The position numbers and the translations under genes were made by a program. DNA of 64,000 nt from Acidobacteriota bacterium (GTDB taxonomy: Bacteria; Acidobacteriota; UBA6911; RPQK01; JAJDTT01): positions 416,001 to 480,000 of the forward strand of contig OZ253580.1 of assembly GCA_965263035.1 (NCBI GenBank). The letters are read 5' to 3'. Below are positions 1 to 11,636 of the stretch, piece by piece. Each line of letters starts with the position of its first letter. Position 1 is the stretch's first letter. The notes under the pieces were generated by a model. It was not told the origin of the DNA. It worked only from the letters and a program-made list of their open reading frames with translations, and searched no databases.

Positions 1-1003
1 TGGGAGTTTCCTTGTGGTGGCTCAGGGCGTGCCACTCTCCCCGTACACCGGGAATGAAGCTGAAGTCGCTGTACTTGGGTCCGTAGCTGTCGAACATGAA
101 GCTCAGCACCCGGGTCTTGTCCATCCGCAACGCCAACACGATCAGATCCAGCATGAGCCGCGTGTGCTCGCGGAAGTTCCCCGGCTGATAGAGGGCGAAG
201 TCGGCGGTCTCCCCCGCCCCTCGGGGATCTTCGGGATGAAAGCGCCGGGAGATGGAGCCGGCTTCGGACTGCTGCTGCCGCTGCCAATCGGCCTTGTCCC
301 GGTCGAGGCGGGCGATCCGCTGCTCCAACTCGCGAATGCCCTGGAAGTACTCCGACAGGGTCTGGCTGTCCTGAGCGCTCAGACGCCTCTCCAGAGTCTT
401 GGCCTGATCCAGCACCAGGTCCAGAACGCTTCGGTCCCGCTTCAACCACGACTTGTCGGCGAAGAGGGCGTCGAAGGTCATGGCCGGATCGATCTCTTTG
501 GCCAAGGGCTTGTCGGGGCTGCCCCAGGAGACCGCGGAATCGTAGAACCCGCGGCGGTTTCTGGAGGGCGCAATTCCGAGCGCCAGAGACGGAAACTCGG
601 TATCGTGCCCGATCCGGTTGGCGATGTGTTGATCGATGGAGGTCCCGGCACGGCTGTGGTCGCGTCCGCCCGGCTCGCCGGTGAGGAGGGAGGCCACCTT
701 CCCGGCGTGTCCCCGCAGCTTCTTCAAGTGGGGATGGGACAGATCCTGCAGGATATTGACCTTGTGCTGGATTGGCCGGAGCGGTTCCAGGGTCGGCTTG
801 AGGGTGAGACTCGAGCCCTCGCCGGAGGCGCCCCACTCATGAGTGTTGACGCCCAGGGGAAAGAAAGTCGCTACGAAGCGAAGCGGCGGCCCGGCCGCCA
901 CATCTCCCACCGGCGCGGCCACCACGCCGGGAATCGACTCCAGCCACGGCAGGGTCAGGCTCACCCCGGCGGCCCTCAGGAATGATCGACGATTTTGCAA
1001 CAT
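1..1003 (-). CDS. DUF1552-family protein (partial, runs off window start)
   Basis: Not in the ORF track because it is open-ended. Manual translation from ATG at 1003 gives MLQNRRSFLRAAGVSLTLPWLES...GTSIDQHIANRIG..TEFPSLALG..EIDPAMTFDALF..MLDLIVLALRMDKTRV..WHALSHH, typical of DUF1552. Confidence 0.85.
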   Translation of the reverse strand, partial: MLQNRRSFLRAAGVSLTLPWLESIPGVVAAPVGDVAAGPPLRFVATFFPLGVNTHEWGASGEGSSLTLKPTLEPLRPIQHKVNILQDLSHPHLKKLRGHAGKVASLLTGEPGGRDHSRAGTSIDQHIANRIGHDTEFPSLALGIAPSRNRRGFYDSAVSWGSPDKPLAKEIDPAMTFDALFADKSWLKRDRSVLDLVLDQAKTLERRLSAQDSQTLSEYFQGIRELEQRIARLDRDKADWQRQQQSEAGSISRRFHPEDPRGAGETADFALYQPGNFREHTRLMLDLIVLALRMDKTRVLSFMFDSYGPKYSDFSFIPGVRGEWHALSHHKETP

Positions 1004-1326
1004 GAGCGATCCCCGCGGAAAACCTCCCGTGGTTTCAAGCATGCCGACGGATCATGATGCTCCGGGAATGGGCAGTGCCGTCAAACCGATGTTCGACAAT
1101 ATAACCTCCTGCTACGACCTCCGCCAGCGGCCGAAGGCGAGGAAAGAGAAAAGAGTGAAGAAAGGCGCGTAGTTTACGCGTAGCGGGCACCTCTACCGAA
1201 AACGATCTGGTTAAGGATTCTGGAGCCAGATTGGTTCGAAGGCTTGTTTCTTCCATGAATCTTCCGGAGCCCAGCCGGTGAGGAAGCTTTCCTCTTTCCT
1301 ATTTTCTCTGTCTTCGACCGGAACAG

Positions 1327-2172
1327 CTAAACGGGGACTTCTTCCGGCGGCAGGTGTCGTTCCATCCAGGCTTTGAGCGGGACGTCCTCGGGGCCCGGCG
1401 AAGTGTAACCCATGCCGCCGGTGCTGACGCCCAGGAGTTGCTGGCGAATCGGGTCGCAGCGGTCCATCACGTGATCGACGGTCATGTCGTCCCGGGGCCG
1501 GAGCCAGCGGTAGCTGTACCCGTAAAAGAGAACTTTTCGGGTCCAGTCCGAATCGTTGGGACTTCCCGAGTGCCAGAGACGCCGGTCGAAGAAGACCGCG
1601 GCGCCCGGCGGCACGCAGACGGTCAGGGCATCGTCCGGGTCGGAGACGCCGCCTTTCGGAAGGTCCAACCGGTTGCGCCGGTGGCTTCCGGGCACGATGG
1701 TGAAGTTTCCGCAACCGGGCACCGACGTGTCCGTGAGGAAGAAACCGATCTTCAACGAGACCCGCGGCCGGGGGTCGCCTTCCAACTCCAGGTTCAGGCG
1801 ACCGCTGTCCTGATGCCATTCCAACCGTCTCTTTTCAGCAGAATGAACTCCTCGGGGCGGCGTGATGACCAGGTCGGAATGATAGAACTGGATGTTCCAA
1901 CCCAGGATTCCCCACACCTTGGGGAAGGTCAGAGGCCAATCCAGCAATCGTAGGAAGAGGTCGTCCCGGCCGATGAAGTCCAGGATGTGGATCATCTCCC
2001 GGCTGTCGATGCCGTGTTTCTGGCGAGACTGGCGATCCAGCCGGTCCACGACCGCCCCCAGGTCGTGGACCAATGACGCCGGCAGGGCGTCGGGAATGAT
2101 GAAATAACCCTCCTGCTCAAACTGACGGCGTTCCTCTGCGGTGAGGCGATAGTCGAGAGATTTGAGATCCAT
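1327..2172 (-). CDS. Phytanoyl-CoA dioxygenase (PhyH) family Fe(II)/2OG oxygenase
   Basis: N-terminus FEQEGYFIIPDAL, WHQD (HxD), IVPGSHR and distal RLWHSG motifs. Confidence 0.9.
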   Translation of the reverse strand: MDLKSLDYRLTAEERRQFEQEGYFIIPDALPASLVHDLGAVVDRLDRQSRQKHGIDSREMIHILDFIGRDDLFLRLLDWPLTFPKVWGILGWNIQFYHSDLVITPPRGVHSAEKRRLEWHQDSGRLNLELEGDPRPRVSLKIGFFLTDTSVPGCGNFTIVPGSHRRNRLDLPKGGVSDPDDALTVCVPPGAAVFFDRRLWHSGSPNDSDWTRKVLFYGYSYRWLRPRDDMTVDHVMDRCDPIRQQLLGVSTGGMGYTSPGPEDVPLKAWMERHLPPEEVPV

Positions 2173-2651
2173 TCTGCCGAACTCTCCGGCGGCCCGGTCG
2201 TCCGCCGCACGACGTTCTCCAGCAATCCTGTACCGGACGTCCTTTCGATATCAGAACGCGGCATGGCAAACAAGCTTCGCATCTTGCGCCTGGTGTCCGG
2301 CTCGATGCGGCTATGAGGCAGTCGGGGAATAGTGCTATTAGGTGGTAGTTTTCACCGATGGTGCCGTAAATGCGCCGGCACCGACGCCTGACGCCAGGAA
2401 CCGGCCAATGGTGATCGGACTGTTAGAATTAACATCCGGAGAACCGATCGGTTCGCAACTGCCGAGCCATCGGATCCTCCTGCAGCACGAGAAACGCTCC
2501 GCAAGCAACGCCTCGCATTCTTTCGACCGATTGCCGGCTCCCCGGCGACGGTCGTATTTTTTCACCCACCGGCGATCGAAAGCCGTCCAGTTCGCGGAGG
2601 GGTAAATCAAACTCAACCTTCACCCAATTCGAATCCGAAAGGAGTAGAGCC

Positions 2652-3299
2652 ATGCCACCACTGGTCAAATGGAGCCGGAGAGAAGGAATTCTGATTGCGA
2701 TGCCCGTCGGCCGTATCGACGGGAGCAACTACCTTGAATGCCAGAACATCCTGGAGTCAGGAGTCGATCCCGACGAGAACACCATGATTCTGGACTTCGC
2801 GCAGTTGGGCTACATCAGCAGCGCGGGTCTACGCGTCTGTCTGATCATCGCCAAGAAGTTCAACCAGACTGACAAGGCCTTCGGAATCTGCAACCTCTCA
2901 GCTTCGATCCGCGATATTGTCACCGTGAGCGGCTTTGATCAGGTCATTTCGCTTTACGACACGCAGCGTGCGGCAATCGAAGCCATCACGGGACAGACGG
3001 GTGCCGGAAGCGATAGGAGAGAAGGCGCGACTCCCCGCACCATCCCGATGAAGAGCGCGGTCAACTTCGACATCGTCGGAGAAAACATCCGGGATATTGC
3101 CAATTTCACGATCGAGAAATACGAATACAAAAACGATCGAACTCTCTCGCTCCAGGCACGGGAGGCGGCGATCGCTGAAATTACGAATTCCCTGTGGAGG
3201 TTCGTCGAGCGCTTGAGAAACCGGCGCCAGAAGATTCTTGAGGAAATGTTCAGCTCGGCTGATAAGGCGCTGGACGAGGTCATAGCGAGGACGGAATAA
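2652..3299 (+). CDS. STAS-domain protein (anti-sigma factor antagonist-like) with ~100-aa helical C-terminal extension
   Basis: GRID...ILDFAQLGYISSAGLRV with the conserved phospho-acceptor Ser; GGAG RBS upstream. Confidence 0.8.
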   Translation: MPPLVKWSRREGILIAMPVGRIDGSNYLECQNILESGVDPDENTMILDFAQLGYISSAGLRVCLIIAKKFNQTDKAFGICNLSASIRDIVTVSGFDQVISLYDTQRAAIEAITGQTGAGSDRREGATPRTIPMKSAVNFDIVGENIRDIANFTIEKYEYKNDRTLSLQAREAAIAEITNSLWRFVERLRNRRQKILEEMFSSADKALDEVIARTE

Positions 3300-3403
3300 C
3301 GGCAACGGTGCCGGTCACGCCCGGGCGTTCCGCAATGGCGCGGCCGCCATTGAGAAGTCCTGGCTCACCGCAAGCGGCGGGCTGACTTGCCAACCGAGCC
3401 GGA

Positions 3404-4760
3404 TCACGAACCGAATTCGCGAATTCCGGTGCGGGTCAGAAATTCTCGATAGCCCGAAAACGCAGTGTTGACGTCCTCGGACGTCAGGCCATAGTCCGCC
3501 AGATCGTAGCGATGTTTCGGCTCCTTGCGGCGACGCTGCGCTTGCTGGTAAAGCCAATCGTCCATCGTGTTCAGGACCGACCGTTTGAGCGGCCAATTGA
3601 ATCGCTCATAGATGCTGTGCACCACGGCCAGCGGATCCTCCACCAGATCGACGTAGTTCACGTCCATCCAGCGATGCTCCAGTTCGGGATGGGTTTCCCG
3701 GAAATGCACGCCTCTGGCCATCATTCCGCTCATGAATTCCAATAGTTCGGAACCGAGGCTCTGGATGGAGGGAGAGCGAGCGAGCCTTTTCCACGAAGCT
3801 GTTCCACGACCCCATGAATTGGCTGGGGCTGCGGTGCGTCTGGATGAAAAGGGCGTCGGGATAGGTCTCGACGAGGGTCTCCAACTCCATGAGGTGAAAG
3901 GGCATCTTGAACAGCCATTGCCCCAGGTGCCCAGGCTGACGTTGCCGGCGCTGCCACGTGTAGTTCTGCATGATGCGGCGGTGGTGGGCATAGGCATGTT
4001 GTGAACCGGTGGCGGCCAGCCAACGGCCGAACTGCGGGACATGGAATCGAACGGTAGAGGTCCATGACCCGAAGGCCATGCTCAAGATCGGGAAGTCCTC
4101 CGCCGGTTCGTCGAGGTTGAAGTCGTGAACCCCCTTGAATATTTCGACGACCCTGGACGATTCAAGCATTTCCTCGACCCGCGCCCGGCGGGGATCGTCC
4201 GGCGTGCCCCCAATCGTTGCGTATTCCTCCTTGGACAGGACCGGCGCGGCGTACTCGTAGCCCCGTAGCGACCAGAAACGCGGGTTGCGGACCATGAGGC
4301 GATGCAGGTAGGTCGTGCCGGTGCGGTTGATCCCGACGATGAAGATCGGCCGCGTGATCTCCTCCCGTTCGATCTCCGGGTAACTGCATCCGTTCACGGG
4401 CGAACGCGGCATTGTTGCGTAAGAGACGGCTGAAATCGAAGACCAGACCAGGCAGCTTGTCCTCCAACAGTTTGACCTCGGACGTTTTCACGGCCCCAAC
4501 CAATTGCTCCAGGTTTCGACGCATCCAGAGGGGATACGCCTGATCGAAGGAGACGCCGTTGTCTTCGGCGTGGCGCTCTGCCCGGGAGACCAGGCAGTCG
4601 AAGTCCAGACGGCCCCGCGACACGGGATGGGGCCATTGCCACCGGTGGTCCATGACCCACTGGTAGGAGTGTCGAAGCTTGGTCAACACACCCGGCCATT
4701 TGATCGGGTGCGGACAGTCCTCCCGGAGGGCACGGTCTGAAATGGGCAGCCTGTCCTCCG
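3404..4760 (-). pseudogene. Sulfotransferase domain gene, frameshifted, 5' part deleted
   Basis: PIFIVGINRTGTTYLHRL (PAPS loop), WLFKMPFH, FIQTHRSP and YDLADYGL are spread over three frames, with shifts near 4385 and 3780. Confidence 0.8.
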
Positions 4761-5359
4761 GCTTGTTCGCAGTCTCCGGAGCGCAACGCGTTGAACGCCG
4801 TGTGCAGCGCCGTCAAGCTGGCGGAACAAGCCGTGCAGCAGGCGAGTGACGGCCCCATCAAGTTGAAATGGTAGGAGATGCGGTTGGCCAGCATGGCCAC
4901 GCTGATGCTGGCGATGGAAAACTCGGTTGCACCGGGCGGCCTGCGCCAATTGGACGTCGCCGGAACCTGCGCGCCGACGAACACACCCGTGCGGCTGTTG
5001 TGCAACGACTACAGGTCCCAGCCCGCTCGTTCGCAGGTCTCCCAGGTGCAGGTCAAGAGCATCCGCACGTGCGGATCGGCGGACAGCATTTCGTGATGCG
5101 ACATCCCGAAGAGGCTGCGATCGAAGAGCTTCTCCCCTTCCTCGCGAATCAGCCCTTCGTACGGGCTGGCAAACCGCCCCGGGCCGGAGAAATCTCCGAT
5201 CGGCCGGTAGCCCCTGCCGTAACGGCCGGTGATCGGCTCCCGGACGATCTCGCGCTCGCTGAGCAAACGCCAGAAGTCGTCGTCCGTGTCCACTCCACCG
5301 GGCATGCGGTAGCTGTAACCTACGATCGCAACGGCGTCTTCGGGTTTAGGGCAGCTCAT
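4760..5359 (-). pseudogene. Type I PKS/FAS ketosynthase N-terminal fragment
   Basis: VAIVGYSYRMPGG..DPHVRMLLTCTWE..TGVFVG..MLANRISYHFNLMGPS..CTACSASLTALH..LRSGDCEQA; in-frame TAG at 5009-5011; homology ends abruptly near 4760. Confidence 0.88.
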
Positions 5360-5651
5360 ACTTCTCTCCAGTCGTCTGCTTGCGATTCCAATCGTTCAGG
5401 GATATGGCTCAAGGATCTGAACGGGACTCCGACCCGACGCGACGGCCCGGCGGCGTCACCCGAAAAAAGACAAGGATACCGCTGTATTCGTGACGACGAT
5501 TCAACACACATTGAATTGCAATCTGCGTCCATCGTACGACGAAACCGTGCCCATGATACCGAGGCGCCCCACTTCCTCACAATAAATCCTCAGCGGTTGG
5601 ACCGCCTATGCAAGCGCCATGCGAAGCAGCCCACTTGCCTCAAACCTTAGA

Positions 5652-5675
5652 AAAGTTTAACTTAAGTTAAACTTT
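5652..5675. promoter_or_regulatory. Perfect 24-bp palindrome, probable TA operator
   Basis: AAAGTTTAACTTAAGTTAAACTTT, 16 bp upstream of the antitoxin ATG. Confidence 0.7.
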
Positions 5676-5691
5676 GCGAAGAGAGCCCTCG

Positions 5692-5937
5692 ATGCATGAG
5701 ATTCTCAGCGCCAAACAGCTCCGAGAGAGATTGAAGGACGTCGTCGAAAAGGTGAGACATGGTGAGAAGTTTACCGTCCTGTACCGGAGCCGCCCGGCGT
5801 TCGACATCGTCCCGGTAGGCACTCCCTCTGTCGAAAGCGTGCCTTTGGAATCGGATTCCCTGTACCGGGCCGAACCCGTCGGCTCCTCCGACTCGGGGGA
5901 CGCGGCCATGAGGCACGATGAGCTGCTTTATCGATGA
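5692..5937 (+). CDS. Phd/YefM-family antitoxin
   Basis: SAKQLRERLKDVVEKVRHGEKFTVLYRSRPAFDIVP; ATGA overlap with the PIN toxin. Confidence 0.85.
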   Translation: MHEILSAKQLRERLKDVVEKVRHGEKFTVLYRSRPAFDIVPVGTPSVESVPLESDSLYRAEPVGSSDSGDAAMRHDELLYR

Positions 5938-6341
5938 AGCCCATTTACGTGGATACGGCCGCATGGGTTTCCGCCGCCGACAGCGCCGATATTTCGGGTT
6001 CGCTCGTACGGCAAACTCGGGATCGATGGCTTTCGGAGGGCGGCATCCTGGTGACAACCGACTACGTGGTCGACGAGACCCTGACCACGATCCGGTTGCG
6101 CCTCGGTCTCGACGCCGCTGAAGCCTGGTGGCGGCAGATAGAGGGGTCGACCCGACTTCGCATGGAGTCGGTCGGTGCAGCGCGAAGAGCGCGCGCACGA
6201 TCGATTTTCTTCCGCTACCGCGACCAGGACTTCTCCTTCACCAACTGCTGCAGCTTCGTTGTCATGCGGGAACTACGAATTCGCAGGGTCTTGACGTTGG
6301 ACCACCACTTCCGGCAGATGGGTTTCGAGGTCGTTCCTTAA
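5934..6341 (+). CDS. vapC: VapC-like PIN-domain toxin
   Basis: IYVDTAAW..TTDYVVDETLT..FSFTNCCSF..LTLDHHF. The usual Asp in SFTD reads Asn here, so activity may be reduced. Confidence 0.85.
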   Translation: MKPIYVDTAAWVSAADSADISGSLVRQTRDRWLSEGGILVTTDYVVDETLTTIRLRLGLDAAEAWWRQIEGSTRLRMESVGAARRARARSIFFRYRDQDFSFTNCCSFVVMRELRIRRVLTLDHHFRQMGFEVVP

Positions 6342-6534
6342 CCCGGCCACACTTGCCGGACTTTGGCTTGTCCCAAGGAGTTCGCATACGCGGCACCCGA
6401 GGTGTTGCTTCGCCGTCTCCTGCTCTTGGAGTCGGCGCTTTCGCGGAACCAGAATCTGGGAGCCCGTGCGGCGCTTTGACGGGAACTGATCGGAAAATGC
6501 ATGATCGAAGAAATCGAACAGGAGGCAGAAACCC

Positions 6535-6969
6535 ATGGAAAGACTCAAGCGAGTCATCGGCGTCTACCTGATCGCGGTAGGGGCTATCGTAGCCGTCCAC
6601 ACGATCATCGAGCCGCTGTATCACACGTCCACCGAAGCCGCCCCGTACACCCCGAATTGGGGCTACATCAACCCGCTGATGGCGCTGGCCGTGGCGCTGA
6701 GCCTGGTCTGCAGCTATGGCTGTAAGAGACGAGCCGACCGTGAGGGGGGCGATGCTCCGGTCACCCGGTATTACTTGGCAGCCAATACGCTGTTCTACGG
6801 CTTCGTTTTCGTTGGAATCCTGTTCTTCTGGAACTGGTTCAACTACGTGAGCCCCGGCTTTACCGCCGTAGGAGACGATACGGTCACACTGGTCTGGGGC
6901 TTCATCGACGCTGCACTCCCGCCGCTTCTGTGGGCGATGGGCATGTGCCTGTTGCGGTGCGAAAAGTAA
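6535..6969 (+). CDS. Hypothetical membrane protein (about 4 TM)
   Basis: Four hydrophobic segments; AGGAGG RBS. Confidence 0.7.
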   Translation: MERLKRVIGVYLIAVGAIVAVHTIIEPLYHTSTEAAPYTPNWGYINPLMALAVALSLVCSYGCKRRADREGGDAPVTRYYLAANTLFYGFVFVGILFFWNWFNYVSPGFTAVGDDTVTLVWGFIDAALPPLLWAMGMCLLRCEK

Positions 6970-7022
6970 GCCGGGGAGAAACGTCGTCTGAAGTCCACTG
7001 GCGCTGCGCCGGGCTTACCCCG

Positions 7023-7466
7023 TCAGCGCCGGGACTCGGGGTGGGACTCCAGCACGACGGTGGTGTCCGGTGTCGCGGCGGCGACCGTGCCGTAGAGGGG
7101 ACAGCGAGCCTTCCAAAACCCCGTCAGCACTTCGGCGGCGTCGTCGTTCACCCCCCACATCTCGATCCGGACCCGGACCGAATCGTAGAGGGTCAACTGG
7201 CCGTGGTCCTTGTCGGGATCGCGGTAGGCCTCCACTGAGACGTCCATCCAATCCAGGGAAATCTCGTCCGCCGCAGCGATCCGCTCCACCATGTTGACGG
7301 CGCAGGCGGCGACGCCGGAGAAGAAGAGCTCGCCGGCTCCCACCTCTTCTCCTCCCAGGTCGTCGGCGACGAAATGGTGGGCGCGGGCGCTGCAAATGGC
7401 CCGGCCCAGGGTTCCGGTGCTGTAGCTCCGGGCTTTGTATGCGAGCTTCAACTCTCCCATGATCAT
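7023..7466 (-). CDS. OsmC/Ohr-family protein
   Basis: GAGELFFSGVAAC and ARCPLYGT, the two-Cys OsmC pattern. Confidence 0.75.
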   Translation of the reverse strand: MIMGELKLAYKARSYSTGTLGRAICSARAHHFVADDLGGEEVGAGELFFSGVAACAVNMVERIAAADEISLDWMDVSVEAYRDPDKDHGQLTLYDSVRVRIEMWGVNDDAAEVLTGFWKARCPLYGTVAAATPDTTVVLESHPESRR

Positions 7467-7500
7467 TCCCCCCCGATCGGACCTGTGACGCCCCTTGGAT

Positions 7501-8952
<1,452 letters not shown>

Positions 8953-8956
8953 GGGA

Positions 8957-11569
8957 CTACTCCCGCGTGATGAACTCGTCCAGGTTCAAGAGAATCCGGC
9001 TGGCGCCGACCCAAGAGGCCGCTTCCGACAGAGCGATTCCGGGAAATTCCACGGGCAGGGTCAAACGCGCCAGCCCCTGCTCCTGCTCCAGAATCTCCGA
9101 CTGGCGGCGCATGGCCGTTTCCAGCCATTCCAACTCCTCGGGCGCCGGCGACCTGGCGAGACAGAGCCGGAAGGCATGTTCGAGGCGTTCCTGAGGATCG
9201 GCAGGTCCTTCCGCCAAAATCCGGAACGCCATCGCCTGAGCGGCTTCGAAGAAGACCTCATCGTTGAGGAGATTCAGAGCCTGCAGCGGGGAGTTGGACC
9301 GGCCCCGCCGACACACGGCTTCATAACCGCCCGGCATATCGAAGTTGGCCAGAAACGGATACGGAAACATGCGCTGGTACTGGATATAGAGACCTCGCCG
9401 GTAGCGGTCCTGACCTTCGCTCTCCACCCACTTCCTCCGTTGCATCTTCCCCCCGGGCTGGGGCGGACGAACGCTCTTTCCTCCTACCGAGGGATTCAGC
9501 AGTCCGCTCACGGCCAGAGCCGAATCGCGGATCAACTCCGCCGGCAACCGCATCCGCGTCTGCCGCGCCAGCAGGACGTTGCCCGGGTCCTGCGCCTGAA
9601 GGTCGGGCCGGATCGCCGAGGACTGCCGGTAGGCGGCGGACATGACCATGGTCTTGATGGCGCCCTTCAGGCTCCAGCCGTTCTCGCGGAAGTCGCTGGC
9701 GAGCCAGTCCAGAAGTTCAGGATGGGACGGTTTCTCTCCCTGCGACCCGAAGTTCTCTGTGGTGAAGACGATGCCCCGTCCGAACAGTTCCTGCCAGAGG
9801 CGGTTGACCGTCACTCTGGCGGTGAGGGGATTCTCGGGACTGATGATCCATTTGGCCAGCCGGACCCTGGGCGGGGAGGCCTGGTACGGCTCCGGGTGCA
9901 GAAATCCGGGCACTCCGGGCTCGACCGGTTCCCCCATGCGGTTGAATTCCCCGCGGACGTGGATATGGGTGGGACGGACCTCCGCCTCGGTGGCGATGGT
10001 CAGGGCCTGACTCGGAGCCGGAAATTCGGCCTCCAGCTCCTTGAGCTTCTTCAACAGCTCTCCGAACTTGAGCTTCTCCTCGTAGACCTTCTTGGGCACC
10101 ACTTGGCTGGAGTAACGGATGAAGTGCTCGGTGAGGATCTTGGCTTCCTTCTCGCTCCGTTCCGACGGCTCCTTTCGGAGGATCTTCTCCCCCATTCCGT
10201 ACACCGGGTGCATGTCGCCGACTCGGACCGTCCCCACTGCCTTGTCCCAGTTCTGCCACCGGCCTGGATGGGCTATAGCCTCCAGCAGCTTGGCCTCCCA
10301 CGCCGGCTGGAGCTTGGGCACGCGGTATTCGGCCAGCAATTCGGCCCGTTTCTTCCGATACGAAGCCACTTCCCGCAGATAGGGGCCCATCTCCCCCGGC
10401 AAAGGAGCGTCGATGTTCACCTCTTCCGCGTCATTGAAGAAGGAGAACAGCCGGTAATAATCCTTCTGGCTCAAGGGATCGTACTTGTGATCGTGGCACT
10501 GGGCACAGCCCACCGTGAGTCCCAGCCAGACCGTCCCCACGGTGTTGATCCGGTTGATCACCTGCTCGAACCGGAACTGGACCATGTTGGTCCCGCCCTC
10601 CCGGTTGCTGGGCGTGTTGCGGTGGAATCCGGTGGCGACTCTGGACTCGATTCCGCCATCCGGAAGCAGGTCCCCGGCAATCTGCTCCAGGGTGAAGCGA
10701 TCGAAGGGCAGGTCCTGGTTCAGGGCTTGGATGACCCAGTGGCGATAACGCCAGGCATGGGGCCGAAAGTCGTCCTGGCGGTAGCCGTCGCTGTCGGAAT
10801 ACCGGGCCAAGTCCAGCCATTGGCGTGCCCATTTCTCGCCGAAGTGGGACGACTCCAGAAGGCGGTCGACGGCATTCTCATAGGCTGTATCGCTCTCCTC
10901 CGCCAGAAACGCGTCCAGATCGGCAAGCTTGGGAGGGAGCCCGGTGAGGTCCAGGCTGAGGCGCCGCAGGAGAGTCGCCTGGTCCGCCTCCGGTGAAGGC
11001 TCGACGCCCTCGGCTTCCAATTTGGCCAGGACGAACCGATCCACCGGATTCCGGATCCAGGACGAGTCTTTCACCGCCGGCGGAACCGGCCGGACCAGGG
11101 ACCGGAATGCCCAGTGCGAGGACTCCGCTCTTGTGTTCGGACTTGCGTCCGCGGCGGCCTCCACCTCCACCCAGCGGGCGCCCTGGTCGATCCAGGCGCG
11201 CAGGAGTCCGACCTCGTCGGAAGTGAGTCCCTTCCCGCCGGGAGGCATGACCTCACCCGGAACGACGCCGGCCACGAGCTGGATGAGCCGGCTCCGGGCA
11301 CTGTCGCCGGGTCGAATCACGGCGCCGGACTCTCCTCCCCGCAGCGCGTCCTGGGCCCGGTCCAGGCGCAGACCCTTCATCTGCTGCTGGGGTCCATGGC
11401 AGAGATAGCAGCGGCTCTCCAGCAGGGGCGCCACGTCCGTGGCGAAATCGACGGTCTGCTCGACCGGAGGAGGCAGATCGGACGATTGCCCCGACACCGG
11501 CGCCGCCAGACAGAACGGCAGCAGCAAAAGAAACAGAAATAGGAGGTTGGATCGCTTCAAAGGATTCAT
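8957..11569 (-). CDS. Planctomycete cytochrome c / DUF1549 / DUF1553 (PSD1) protein
   Basis: Signal peptide, CYLCH, LLRRLSLDLTGLPP, WLDLARYSDSDG, CAQCHDHKYDP, PLQALNLLND, LLNLDEFITRE. Confidence 0.92.
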   Translation of the reverse strand: MNPLKRSNLLFLFLLLLPFCLAAPVSGQSSDLPPPVEQTVDFATDVAPLLESRCYLCHGPQQQMKGLRLDRAQDALRGGESGAVIRPGDSARSRLIQLVAGVVPGEVMPPGGKGLTSDEVGLLRAWIDQGARWVEVEAAADASPNTRAESSHWAFRSLVRPVPPAVKDSSWIRNPVDRFVLAKLEAEGVEPSPEADQATLLRRLSLDLTGLPPKLADLDAFLAEESDTAYENAVDRLLESSHFGEKWARQWLDLARYSDSDGYRQDDFRPHAWRYRHWVIQALNQDLPFDRFTLEQIAGDLLPDGGIESRVATGFHRNTPSNREGGTNMVQFRFEQVINRINTVGTVWLGLTVGCAQCHDHKYDPLSQKDYYRLFSFFNDAEEVNIDAPLPGEMGPYLREVASYRKKRAELLAEYRVPKLQPAWEAKLLEAIAHPGRWQNWDKAVGTVRVGDMHPVYGMGEKILRKEPSERSEKEAKILTEHFIRYSSQVVPKKVYEEKLKFGELLKKLKELEAEFPAPSQALTIATEAEVRPTHIHVRGEFNRMGEPVEPGVPGFLHPEPYQASPPRVRLAKWIISPENPLTARVTVNRLWQELFGRGIVFTTENFGSQGEKPSHPELLDWLASDFRENGWSLKGAIKTMVMSAAYRQSSAIRPDLQAQDPGNVLLARQTRMRLPAELIRDSALAVSGLLNPSVGGKSVRPPQPGGKMQRRKWVESEGQDRYRRGLYIQYQRMFPYPFLANFDMPGGYEAVCRRGRSNSPLQALNLLNDEVFFEAAQAMAFRILAEGPADPQERLEHAFRLCLARSPAPEELEWLETAMRRQSEILEQEQGLARLTLPVEFPGIALSEAASWVGASRILLNLDEFITRE

Positions 11570-11636
11570 CCCGAACTGACCTAGTTCCTACATGGAACCC
11601 CTGGCGAAAGTCAACAGGGACCAGGTTTCCACGCCG

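Noticed and set aside
14-985. 323-aa plus-strand ORF
   Set aside because: Antisense shadow of the DUF1552 gene, which has clear family motifs on the minus strand
2180-2650. Intergenic region as small ORFs or structured RNA
   Set aside because: Short ORFs lack RBSs and motifs; no convincing conserved structure seen
5009-5011. In-frame TAG in the KS (and TGA at 55714) as recoding to pyrrolysine or selenocysteine
   Set aside because: Both genes carry other lesions, the positions are not catalytic, and no recoding machinery is visible
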